A DNA stretch of 64,000 bases, from IMG/VR virus record IMGVR_UViG_3300042888_001055; one strand, given 5' to 3'. Below the pieces are notes generated by a model. That model did not search any database. It worked only from the letters and a program-made list of their open reading frames with translations, and was not told the origin of the DNA. Numbering within the stretch: position 1 is the stretch's first letter; every line of letters begins with the position of its first letter. This document shows, one piece after another, positions 51,682-60,604 of the stretch. The DNA comes from a virus. The translations under genes and the position numbers were made by a program.

Positions 51682-51863
51682 TACTTTACTCCAAAATGTT
51701 CTGACAACCATTGTCTTGTGTGAAAACGTGCTATCAATTGATGACCACCTGGATCTAATACATTCATACATTCCTTAACAATCAATTCGGCGAACTTTTG
51801 TTCTTGGTCGGTTGCTTGTGTACCATAGACCTGTTCGGCCAGTTCTTTAATTCGTTCATTCAT
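51681..51863 (-). CDS. KFAxLIVxEC-family small protein
   Basis: QKFAELIVKEC..HFGVK. Confidence 0.7.
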   Translation of the reverse strand: MNERIKELAEQVYGTQATDQEQKFAELIVKECMNVLDPGGHQLIARFHTRQWLSEHFGVK

Positions 51864-52201
51864 TATTTTACTCCAAATGTGTTCAATGCTGGTTGCAATG
51901 TGTTAATCAATTCTGTCTCATGTGCATGAGCAGGACGCTTACCACGAATCACTTCCAACTTACCAAATACAAAACGTTCAGCACCACGCTCACGCAAGGC
52001 ACGTGACAAACCCCAAGTTTTGTTCTCAGTCATGGCCCGTTGCATATGTTTTTGCATACGACGGCGTAATGTCAAAAACACATTGCCTTTATATGACAAT
52101 GCAGTTAAACCAATGTAGTACTCAAGTGTTACAGTATCTTGTATATAGTATATCACTTGATTGCGATCTGTTCTACGTTTACGGGCGATTTTTGAGTTCA
52201 T
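51863..52201 (-). CDS. GIY-YIG-like nuclease
   Basis: VIY..YYIG..R..H..E..LNT; leaderless behind promoter 52208-52236. Confidence 0.65.
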   Translation of the reverse strand: MNSKIARKRRTDRNQVIYYIQDTVTLEYYIGLTALSYKGNVFLTLRRRMQKHMQRAMTENKTWGLSRALRERGAERFVFGKLEVIRGKRPAHAHETELINTLQPALNTFGVK

Positions 52202-52355
52202 AGATGAATTATACATCAAAGCCCATTTATTGTCAAATATTGGTAAAAACCGCTAGAAGTGTATCAGAGTGTATACCTGAGTATTCTAGCGATTTTGAAG
52301 CCCCTGAGGGGGCTAAATGAGTACTTTTGTTTGTAAAAAATGTAATACTTAAGTA

Positions 52356-52649
52356 TTAGTGAATTACTTGCCCTACACTTGTATTAAGCCAAGTCTTAAT
52401 TTCTTTGCGTAATTCTTTTTCTGTATATCCCATTTCACCTAAACGGGATATTAATGAAATAAATAATCCATGACTAGCTATACCATATATATAAGTATCA
52501 TCGTCATTATCAAGTTCAAATTTATCTAATTGATTTAATAAAACATCATTAATGAATTCTGATGCGATAATGGCACTATGTTCAAATTGCCACATTTCCG
52601 GATCTTCATCTTCTACTTCTTTAACTATTAATAGATTCTCTTTGCTCAT
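52356..52649 (-). CDS. hypothetical protein
   Basis: ORF. Confidence 0.65.
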   Translation of the reverse strand: MSKENLLIVKEVEDEDPEMWQFEHSAIIASEFINDVLLNQLDKFELDNDDDTYIYGIASHGLFISLISRLGEMGYTEKELRKEIKTWLNTSVGQVIH

Positions 52650-53121
52650 TATTATTCTCCGAGTTATTATCTGTATTTACTATCGGTGTATATTCATAAT
52701 TAATTGTTTCTATATTCTCTCTAAAAACAATAGCTCCATTACGTAAATGAAATCTCCTAGCCATATTAGTTTTAGGACTTAATGTTACAAATCTAGTAAC
52801 ACTTGGATATTGTTCCTGAATTCCCTTAACTGCCCTATATAATAATTCAGCACCTTTACCGGCTTTATAACTCCATATAGTATAGAATACTGCGGTTGTT
52901 GGTACTTGTGTAGTATTATCTAAATCTTTTACATTTTCTGGAATAAAATCATGGAAACTAACACATACCATAGCATCCGGATTATCTGCTGATTCATCAG
53001 TTAATGCGGCAACTAATCTACCATTACTAACACGAAAATCGGCTGATATTTCAGGTCTTACTGGGTCGTCTTTAATAAATTCTAATAGTTTGTGTGTGAT
53101 ATCTTTGATGAAATGTAGCAT
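52621..53121 (-). CDS. hypothetical protein, possibly GNAT-like
   Basis: YTIWSY..G.G..L, TLSP, FH.RNG. Confidence 0.6.
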   Translation of the reverse strand: MLHFIKDITHKLLEFIKDDPVRPEISADFRVSNGRLVAALTDESADNPDAMVCVSFHDFIPENVKDLDNTTQVPTTAVFYTIWSYKAGKGAELLYRAVKGIQEQYPSVTRFVTLSPKTNMARRFHLRNGAIVFRENIETINYEYTPIVNTDNNSENNNEQRESINS

Positions 53122-53209
53122 TTTAGCCTCAGGGTAGTGTTATTCGTATTTAGCATAAATTTAAAATATGCTATTATTTAGCGACTTTTTTTATCCACTA
53201 AATATTGTC

Positions 53210-54115
53210 ATGGGAAATATTATTGAGTGGAATGTTGGATTAAATGATTTTAAGAAATGTACCCTAGAATTAGGGGGAAATTCTCATAAATTCACCACAG
53301 AATTATTGGATGTTCCATTTGAACCTAATCGTAATATTACTGACATATTCAATGAACATTTAACAAATAGACAAACCAAATATGTAGAGATATTATATAG
53401 TGGTGGATTGGATAGTGAATTGGTATTATTATCCTGTGTTAAAAACAGTATACCAATAATAGCAATAACGTTAGTTATTAAAATAGAAGGGTTAATCATT
53501 AATACCCATGATTTGTATTATGCAGAAAAGTTTTGTAGAGAAAATGATATAACTCATAAATTGATTGAATTGGATGCAGATAAATTTTTTCAGAACGGGA
53601 ATCATCTATCATATTTGTCACCTTATTATATCATAGAACCTCATGTAGCAACACATTTATGGTTACTTGAGCAATGTAGTTATTTCCCAATTATCGGTGG
53701 GGATTGGCCTTGGGTACACGCTCAAAAGGAAGACAAAGTTTTATCACCCTCAAGATTAGAGTTTTCTAGTTATGAACGGTTTATGAAAGATAACGGTATA
53801 CACGGAATTGGTAATATGATTGGATACAGTTTAGAATCTACGTGTAAACTAGTACAGATACATTTGGATAATCATGTAAGTGGTGAATCTGTATCTAACT
53901 TTAAATCACGCATGTATCAAACAATGTATCCTGAATTAGAACCCAGATTAAGAAGTTATGGATGGGAACATCATAAAATAAACTCATTTAATCTAATGAA
54001 TTATAAAATAGAGTTAATTAAACAACTAAGACCCACTACTCCATTTATTAAATGGGGTAATACCATAAAAACACTATTAAATACAGAAGCCAATGAAAAT
54101 GACAAATTCAAATAA
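53210..54115 (+). CDS. PP-loop (adenine nucleotide alpha-hydrolase) family protein
   Basis: LYSGGLDSE; start after CTAAATA. Confidence 0.65.
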   Translation: MGNIIEWNVGLNDFKKCTLELGGNSHKFTTELLDVPFEPNRNITDIFNEHLTNRQTKYVEILYSGGLDSELVLLSCVKNSIPIIAITLVIKIEGLIINTHDLYYAEKFCRENDITHKLIELDADKFFQNGNHLSYLSPYYIIEPHVATHLWLLEQCSYFPIIGGDWPWVHAQKEDKVLSPSRLEFSSYERFMKDNGIHGIGNMIGYSLESTCKLVQIHLDNHVSGESVSNFKSRMYQTMYPELEPRLRSYGWEHHKINSFNLMNYKIELIKQLRPTTPFIKWGNTIKTLLNTEANENDKFK

Positions 54116-54689
54116 ATTTGATACACATGAATCCTTTTACCATGGATTAATTAAAAGTAAAATATGGTTATGTGAAGAATTAGAGACAGCTATATACCGT
54201 GAATGTCTTACAAAACCCTCTTTACATATTCTAGGATGTTGGGATAATCTATTAGCATTTATGCTACTTACTCGAAAACCTACATTCTATAATACTGTAC
54301 ATGGATATGACATTAATCCAGACGCAATATCTAATGCTAATAAAGTATGTGACATGTGGAAATATGAATCACCTAAAGTTTATAATCACATACAAGATGT
54401 GAACAAATATGATTACAGCCTACATGCTAACGGTATTTTCATCAATTGTAGTATAGACCAAATGGATAGTAATAACTGGTATAATTCAATTCCAAATGGA
54501 AGTTTAGTATGTATCCAAACTACTAATATGAAAGATCCAGAATTTCCCTGGTTTATTAAACAAACAACTGATAGTTTAGATGAATTGGTTGATAAATTTA
54601 AACTGAGTAATTTGTTATATTCCGGGGTAAAAAACATACCATATGCTACTAATGGATATAAACGCTATATGATTATAGGAACCAAATGA
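54093..54689 (+). CDS. SAM-dependent methyltransferase-like protein
   Basis: SKIWL, ILGCW, YDIN, INCS pattern. Confidence 0.55.
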   Translation: MKMTNSNKFDTHESFYHGLIKSKIWLCEELETAIYRECLTKPSLHILGCWDNLLAFMLLTRKPTFYNTVHGYDINPDAISNANKVCDMWKYESPKVYNHIQDVNKYDYSLHANGIFINCSIDQMDSNNWYNSIPNGSLVCIQTTNMKDPEFPWFIKQTTDSLDELVDKFKLSNLLYSGVKNIPYATNGYKRYMIIGTK

Positions 54690-54711
54690 TTATAAAAGAA
54701 TAAATACATAT

Positions 54712-55617
54712 ATGGATAATTATAAGTATTTTTCGCAATTATGCGAAAGCATAGTTTCAGAAGCCAGTACAACTATGGCTCAATTTAATGGGCCGGGCGC
54801 ACAGGAAATATTAAAACAACTACATTCTAAAGAAGCTTTAGGACACGATGTTCAACCTGAACCTGCAGTTAGACCTAAATGGACTGATCTAAAAGATAAA
54901 CCGGGAACATGGTTATTAATAGCAGGTAATAAAGGATTTGGTGCAGTAAGATTTATGGTATCCAATGATGCTTATCGTAGCAGGGCATCAAGGTCTGGTT
55001 CATATCAAATATTTGCTAGTAACGGTAAACCTGATCCTGATGAAGGAAATATGGTATATTCTTCCTTTGCAGACAATGTTACCGACGCTAATAGTTTGTT
55101 AAAAAAGATTGTAGGTGATGCTAGAAAATTTTACTTTATGGATAGTGAGTACTCTAAACAATTACGACAGGATCGTGCTAGTAATAAACCAGAGCCTGCA
55201 GGCTTTACTACTACAAATAAATTAACCAAACGGTTCAAACCACTTTTTAAGAAAATACTAATTGCTTCTAAAGCTGATATTAATGGTGTTATTGCTAGTA
55301 TGGCAAAAAATGATGCTCATCACAAAGTAGATAAGAAAATTGATCAGGTAAAATTAATTGATCAGGCAATTGAAGCTTTAGATAATGGTGCCATGACTGA
55401 ATTACTTAATAATGCTGTAAACAATAGTATAGTTTTAACAGCAAGATATTACTATCCAGAATTAACAGGTAATGTAACTAGCGGTTATAGATATCGTGAT
55501 AATAGTTTATCCTCAGAAAAAAACGATGGTACTACAAAAGTGTTGTCAGATATAGCTAACGGAGATAGACAGAAATTAAGTGCTGTTCTCGCTTATCTAA
55601 AAAGGAGTTTAGTATAA
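54712..55617 (+). CDS. late protein, probable virion internal protein
   Basis: ATAAATA upstream, N-terminal LCE/VSE. Confidence 0.7.
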   Translation: MDNYKYFSQLCESIVSEASTTMAQFNGPGAQEILKQLHSKEALGHDVQPEPAVRPKWTDLKDKPGTWLLIAGNKGFGAVRFMVSNDAYRSRASRSGSYQIFASNGKPDPDEGNMVYSSFADNVTDANSLLKKIVGDARKFYFMDSEYSKQLRQDRASNKPEPAGFTTTNKLTKRFKPLFKKILIASKADINGVIASMAKNDAHHKVDKKIDQVKLIDQAIEALDNGAMTELLNNAVNNSIVLTARYYYPELTGNVTSGYRYRDNSLSSEKNDGTTKVLSDIANGDRQKLSAVLAYLKRSLV

Positions 55618-56846
55618 TGAGAGCAATACACTTTTTAACAGAAGCTGATATCAGCACTAATATAATGAAAGACCCAAAGCTAGCAAAAATGTTAGCTATA
55701 GCTGTCAGACATGATAGGACATTTCCAAAAAATGAAATAGCAGATATGGGTCCAAGACCTACTGTTGCTGATTATGTTCAATCATGGAGTAAATTAGTTA
55801 ATCAAACACTAGCGAAAAATGAGTATGGTGATTTAAGTAAAGAAGGTAAGTTTGATAGTTGGTTATTAAAACTATATAATAATCACGCCATAGATTATGA
55901 AGATTTGAATGGTGAGGGCGGAGACGCACTAGGTGCTTGGCAAGCATTAAGCACACGTGGTTTATTAAAGAAACCAGATCAAGACTTTAATAAATTTCCT
56001 AGTATACGGGCGTTACAACAGGCAATGGAAAAAGATGAGTATCGTAATACTCTAAGAAGAATTAAAGATGCCGAAGCATTAGAGAAGCATAAACGTAACA
56101 GAAAAGAAATTGTATTATTAGATAACGATAGATTTCATGTTATCATGCCATTGAACTATGGTGCTTGTTATACATTTAACAATCAAACAGGACACATGAG
56201 TAATTTCTGTACAGGAGGTTCTAGTGGATTGAATTGGTTTAATAATTATGCTCCTGATGGTCCTATCATTAGTATCATTGATAAACAAAACATTGATAAT
56301 AAAAATGGAAAGTGGCAATTACATGCACCAACTAGTCAACTAGTTAATAGTACACAAGATCAAAGATATAATAGAACAGGTGCCGATCGTGAATTTTCTA
56401 AAAGATTTCCCGGCTTATTGAAAGAAATTGTTAAAGGTATGCTTACTAAAGCAGGTGAAGTAAAAGCCGGTAGTAAAGAAATTAGTCCACCTGATGGATA
56501 TGATGTTAGAGAAGCTGCCAAACAAATAATAGCTAAATTCCCTGAAAGTTATAAATCAGTACCGGGTGCTCCGGGAAAAAATCTACCACCCGATGACGAT
56601 GAATTTGTAAATCAACCAGCTCAACCAGAACCAACTCAAGCTACACAAGCAACACAACCTACTGAGCCTGAAGGGCCACGTATAAGTGATTGGAAAATTT
56701 ATAATGCAGGAAGACAAGTTGCAACAGTAGTAAATAAAACACAACAACAAGCTATGCAAGACCTAGAAAAATATGCTATAAAGAATAGAGTACCGCGTGG
56801 TCGTATGTATCTACAAGATTATTCTAACAATCAAATAGTCAGATGA
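55617..56846 (+). CDS. late protein, probable virion internal protein
   Basis: MRAIHFLTEA N-terminus; coupled. Confidence 0.7.
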   Translation: MRAIHFLTEADISTNIMKDPKLAKMLAIAVRHDRTFPKNEIADMGPRPTVADYVQSWSKLVNQTLAKNEYGDLSKEGKFDSWLLKLYNNHAIDYEDLNGEGGDALGAWQALSTRGLLKKPDQDFNKFPSIRALQQAMEKDEYRNTLRRIKDAEALEKHKRNRKEIVLLDNDRFHVIMPLNYGACYTFNNQTGHMSNFCTGGSSGLNWFNNYAPDGPIISIIDKQNIDNKNGKWQLHAPTSQLVNSTQDQRYNRTGADREFSKRFPGLLKEIVKGMLTKAGEVKAGSKEISPPDGYDVREAAKQIIAKFPESYKSVPGAPGKNLPPDDDEFVNQPAQPEPTQATQATQPTEPEGPRISDWKIYNAGRQVATVVNKTQQQAMQDLEKYAIKNRVPRGRMYLQDYSNNQIVR

Positions 56847-56851
56847 TAGCC

Positions 56852-56880
56852 AAAAAAATAGACCCCGAAGGGTCTATTTT
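56852..56880. terminator. bidirectional intrinsic terminator
   Basis: A-tract TAGACCC-CGAA-GGGTCTA T-tract. Confidence 0.8.
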
Positions 56881-57464
56881 CACATTGTAGGTCCATTACC
56901 GTTCTTAAATCCCACACTACCACCTTCACTTTCAATACGTTTGATAACATCTTCAAACAGTATAGGTCTATAGTCTGTATGTTCTACACATACACAATGA
57001 TAACGAGTATCAATTATAGGAATGCCATACTTGCCTATAGGGTCCATCATTACACGATTAGCGTGTAAGTGTCCGTGAATATTAGTACCAAAACGTCCTA
57101 ACGATTCAGTATGAATAGGTATATGACTTAATATCATTCCATTCATAACATGATAAGCACGTAATTCACGGAAATATTCTCTATACTCATCATCACGGAA
57201 GATATCGTGGTTACCACGAATCAATACTTTGTCACCGTTCAAGCGAGACATAATCTTTAATGATTTTCTATTGATAACAACATCACCCAAATGATATACT
57301 TTATCATTTGGTCTAACTGTTTCATTCCATCGTTTAACCATTTCTTCATCCATCTCATCTGGATCAGTCCATGGGCGTAATTTTGTAACACCATCGTTAC
57401 GTGTGAAATGACATACTCCGGCATGCCCGAAGTGTGTATCCGATACTAAAAATACTGAGGGCAT
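56880..57464 (-). CDS. calcineurin-like metallophosphoesterase
   Basis: SDTHFGH, HLGD, GNHD, SH.P, HGHLH. Confidence 0.9.
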   Translation of the reverse strand: MPSVFLVSDTHFGHAGVCHFTRNDGVTKLRPWTDPDEMDEEMVKRWNETVRPNDKVYHLGDVVINRKSLKIMSRLNGDKVLIRGNHDIFRDDEYREYFRELRAYHVMNGMILSHIPIHTESLGRFGTNIHGHLHANRVMMDPIGKYGIPIIDTRYHCVCVEHTDYRPILFEDVIKRIESEGGSVGFKNGNGPTM

Positions 57465-57478
57465 AACATTCCTTTATT

Positions 57479-57553
57479 TGGCATCCCCCCAAGGATTTGA
57501 ACCTTGCCTTGCGGTTTTGGAGACCGATGTGCTGCCGCTGACACTAGGGAGAT
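57479..57553 (-). tRNA. tRNA-Trp(CCA)
   Basis: cloverleaf, loop CTCCAAA, CCA end. Confidence 0.9.
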
Positions 57554-57558
57554 ATTAT

Positions 57559-57780
57559 TTACAAATTCTTTCTAATACGTTTGAGATATTCTCTACCAAT
57601 CAAGCCAGCTTCAATTTCTTCTAATGCAGTTACCATTGGTCCTGCTTTAGTATTAAGCAATGAACGATGTCCACGCTTTAATTCTCTTACCCGCTGTGAG
57701 GCAATAAGAACTAAATCAAATCTACTACCAACCATAAGTGCGGCTTCTTCACTTGTATATCTTGCTCTGCTTTGTGACAT
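57559..57780 (-). CDS. rpoZ: RNA polymerase omega subunit
   Basis: ARYT.E.A...VGSRFDLVLIASQR.REL..AL.EIEAG. Confidence 0.85.
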   Translation of the reverse strand: MSQSRARYTSEEAALMVGSRFDLVLIASQRVRELKRGHRSLLNTKAGPMVTALEEIEAGLIGREYLKRIRKNL

Positions 57781-57789
57781 ATTTTTCCT

Positions 57790-57930
57790 TTATCTTGTTA
57801 CTTTTCTAATCAACTTATACCAATAGTATTTGAACCCTCGGAACACAATGATATCAAAACTAATTATAGGATTAACTTCTTTTACAATGTGTCCGTATGC
57901 TCTATTAATTACATCTTCACTTTTGCTCAT
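57790..57930 (-). CDS. 46-aa hypothetical protein
   Basis: AGGAG RBS; translated by hand. Confidence 0.5.
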   Translation of the reverse strand: MSKSEDVINRAYGHIVKEVNPIISFDIIVFRGFKYYWYKLIRKVTR

Positions 57931-57945
57931 AATTACTCCTTTGTT

Positions 57946-58020
57946 TGGTGGATCGTGTAGGGATTGAACCTACGACCTACGCCTTGTAAGGGCGCCGCAC
58001 TACCGCTGTGCTAACGATCC
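57946..58020 (-). tRNA. tRNA-Val(TAC)
   Basis: cloverleaf, CCA end. Confidence 0.92.
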
Positions 58021-58025
58021 GATAT

Positions 58026-58205
58026 TTAACCACCTTGATTACTGTCTTTAACTTCTGTTTGACTAGCAATTTGTTCAAATGCTTCATCTTCATTCTTTTG
58101 ATCCTCAACTACTCTTGGATCAGGCTTGCGAAAAATATTGTTCCAGTTATTGTCAAATGTATTTAAATCAACACTGTATGGTCTTGGCAAGCTACCTTTA
58201 GTCAT
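58026..58205 (-). CDS. 59-aa hypothetical protein
   Basis: AAGGA RBS, ATGA-coupled. Confidence 0.5.
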   Translation of the reverse strand: MTKGSLPRPYSVDLNTFDNNWNNIFRKPDPRVVEDQKNEDEAFEQIASQTEVKDSNQGG

Positions 58206-58372
58206 TTGCTATTATCCTTACGAGAAGAAGGGCTACGTAAGTTGCTTTTCTCAATCTCTACAAAACTACGAATAAAAGCTCCACGTACATGTGCATCACG
58301 TATAAGTGTTGCCGCACGTTTAACTGCTTTGGGAAGTTTAACTGCCCGTGAATCATAACCTCTACATGTCAT
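58202..58372 (-). CDS. 56-aa basic hypothetical protein
   Basis: GAGGA RBS. Confidence 0.5.
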   Translation of the reverse strand: MTCRGYDSRAVKLPKAVKRAATLIRDAHVRGAFIRSFVEIEKSNLRSPSSRKDNSK

Positions 58373-58397
58373 ACTATTTCCTCTTTTAAAAAATGAT

Positions 58398-58471
58398 TGG
58401 TCTCGGTAGCAGGAATCGAACCTACGCTCGAACGTCCCAAACGTTCAGTGATACCATTTCACCATACCGAG
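58398..58471 (-). tRNA. tRNA-Pro(TGG)
   Basis: cloverleaf, CCA end. Confidence 0.92.
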
Positions 58472-58477
58472 ATAAAC

Positions 58478-58627
58478 TTAACTTGGTATTACATGCGGTA
58501 TGAATGGAACATTTCTAGGACCATATGTTTGTTCAAAAAGCTTTTTAGCTTCTTGTACATTAGGTGCAAAGATTTTTTCTTTCTTTTCACCTTGTGGTGT
58601 TCTAACTGTTGTTTCATACATTGGCAT
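58478..58627 (-). CDS. 49-aa hypothetical protein
   Basis: AGGAG RBS. Confidence 0.55.
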   Translation of the reverse strand: MPMYETTVRTPQGEKKEKIFAPNVQEAKKLFEQTYGPRNVPFIPHVIPS

Positions 58628-58641
58628 ATAATTCTCCTAAT

Positions 58642-58716
58642 TGGTTGCGGGGGACGGAATCGAACCGCCGATCTTCAGGTTATGAGCCTGGTGAGTTACC
58701 GCTTCTCTACCCCGCG
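58642..58716 (-). tRNA. tRNA-Met(CAT), initiator-like
   Basis: CGCGGGG 5' end with C1:A72 mismatch. Confidence 0.88.
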
Positions 58717-58722
58717 CTATCT

Positions 58723-58798
58723 TGGTGGAGGAGACAGGGATCGAACCTGCGACCTATTGCTTGCAAAGCAACCGCTCTCCCAACTGAGCTACACCCCC
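58723..58798 (-). tRNA. tRNA-Ala(TGC)
   Basis: G3:U70, cloverleaf. Confidence 0.93.
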
Positions 58799-58807
58799 AA
58801 ATACTTT

Positions 58808-58892
58808 TGGTGCCCTAGGTCGGACTCGAACCGACACATATTTCTACGCCAGAACCTAAATCTGGTGCGTCTACCAATTTCGCCACCAGGGC
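58808..58892 (-). tRNA. tRNA-Leu(TAG)
   Basis: long variable arm, loop TTTAGGT. Confidence 0.92.
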
Positions 58893-58952
58893 ATTTATTT
58901 CAATACTGATTGTAACAGAAAACTATTTATCTGTCTACTACTTTGGATAACT

Positions 58953-59026
58953 TGGAGCGGGGTAACAGAATCGAACTGTCAGCATTAGCTTGGAAGGCTA
59001 AGGTATTACCACTATACGAACCCCGC
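58953..59026 (-). tRNA. tRNA-Gly(TCC)
   Basis: cloverleaf, U73. Confidence 0.92.
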
Positions 59027-59041
59027 ATAAATACTATTTAT

Positions 59042-59587
59042 ATGACAAACTGCTTTGATATAAACTTATCTCTAAATCCTCTTAAAGAAGATATAGATAT
59101 AAAATCATACGGACCTGATCGTCATACACGAATTCCAATATCAGATATTAATCCTAATTTAATATCATTAATAGATAGATTAGATTTAAAAGTTATATTG
59201 GCTGAACTATTCTACACTAAACCCCATACAATAACCGGGATACACATTGATGTAGTAGGGGGTGATTATACCAAACTAAACTATATATTCGATGGCAAAG
59301 ATAGTTTAATGATGTGGTATAAACCAAAAGACAACATTGTAAAATCTATTAGCAAAACACCTATTAATACTAGGTACATCAGTTATGCTTTACATGAAGT
59401 TGAAATTACTGATAAACAATCAGTTAAGTTTCCTAGCATTATACAAGCTGGTATACCGCATAATGTTATTAACTATTCAGAACCTAGATGGTGTCTTAGT
59501 ATAGTGTTAGTTAAACAAAATGGTGAACGACTTACAATGAAAGAATCAATCTGCATATTCAATAAATATGTAGAAGTTTCATTATGA
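59042..59587 (+). CDS. cupin/2OG-Fe(II)-like protein
   Basis: HID..PHNV..R; start moved out of tRNA-Gly. Confidence 0.6.
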   Translation: MTNCFDINLSLNPLKEDIDIKSYGPDRHTRIPISDINPNLISLIDRLDLKVILAELFYTKPHTITGIHIDVVGGDYTKLNYIFDGKDSLMMWYKPKDNIVKSISKTPINTRYISYALHEVEITDKQSVKFPSIIQAGIPHNVINYSEPRWCLSIVLVKQNGERLTMKESICIFNKYVEVSL

Positions 59588-60129
59588 AGTATTATGTTTC
59601 TGTACCTATAGAAAACTTAAAAACTATACAAGAAAAAGTATTTGAGCTTTTTCCTAAAAGAGAACTTTTTAAAAAAGAATCATTGTTTTATATACCTGAT
59701 AATCTAAATCTTTTCTTAAATATACCTGAGTTAAAAGCAGAGTTAGATAAACTCAACTGGACACCCTATGTCTTTAGTATAGGATTTTATATCATTGGTA
59801 CTACTAATGGAACACATATACATTTAGATAGTAATACATTTACTCATAGTTTTAATATACCAATACTAAACTGTGAAAATACTTTTGTTAATTTTTATAA
59901 GACTGATAAAGAGCCTAAAAAAGAAGTATACAAGTTATATGATACTCTTATAAACTATTACAGGTTTGATCCTGCAGACTGTGTAGTTGTTGACCAACTT
60001 GAAATGTTAACACCGAATGTTATTAACGTACAAGAACCACATAATGTGGTAAATAAGAATACAAAACCACGTATTACATTACTAATACGTTTACGAAATG
60101 ACCTTGATTTATCACACTTATTCCAATGA
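59584..60129 (+). CDS. cupin/2OG-Fe(II)-like protein
   Basis: HLD..PHNV..PR. Confidence 0.6.
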   Translation: MKYYVSVPIENLKTIQEKVFELFPKRELFKKESLFYIPDNLNLFLNIPELKAELDKLNWTPYVFSIGFYIIGTTNGTHIHLDSNTFTHSFNIPILNCENTFVNFYKTDKEPKKEVYKLYDTLINYYRFDPADCVVVDQLEMLTPNVINVQEPHNVVNKNTKPRITLLIRLRNDLDLSHLFQ

Positions 60130-60563
60130 ACTATATAGAATATATAAACTTTCCTAGTATACCCAATGAGTTACTAGATCCAATTGAAAATATTATTAAT
60201 AGCACACGAATAAATAGTATTGTTAAGCAAGATTTTTTTCAAGGAAGACCTGTTAGTAACCAATTACAAGACTGGCTTGAAAAGAACCTTTCATTTAACT
60301 TTGTTGCACAATATCAAATAATCTATTCAGGTATACCTATACATAAAGATATGGGTAATAGGAAATTAGCATATAACTATTTACTGGTATTAGGCGGTAG
60401 TAATGTTAAGACCGTAATATTTGACGACAGTAAAAAGATATTACAATCAGAAATATTACCATTACGTACATGGCACAGTATTAAAACTGACATGTTTCAC
60501 GGTGTATTTGGATTACAAAAAGATAATCCTAGGGTATCACTAAGTGTGACACCTAAACAATAA
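60126..60563 (+). CDS. cupin/2OG-Fe(II)-like protein
   Basis: HKD..FHGV..PR. Confidence 0.6.
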   Translation: MNYIEYINFPSIPNELLDPIENIINSTRINSIVKQDFFQGRPVSNQLQDWLEKNLSFNFVAQYQIIYSGIPIHKDMGNRKLAYNYLLVLGGSNVKTVIFDDSKKILQSEILPLRTWHSIKTDMFHGVFGLQKDNPRVSLSVTPKQ

Positions 60564-60604
60564 AGCCCGGGGTTGCCGGGCCTTAAAGTGAGTGTGTGAA
60601 AGTT

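Noticed and set aside
58397-59041. ORF-track ORFs 58397-58909, 58609-58818 and the 5' extension of 58943
   Set aside because: They are antisense readings of tRNA genes; the same applies to 61691-61879 (sense overlap) and 63705-63986.
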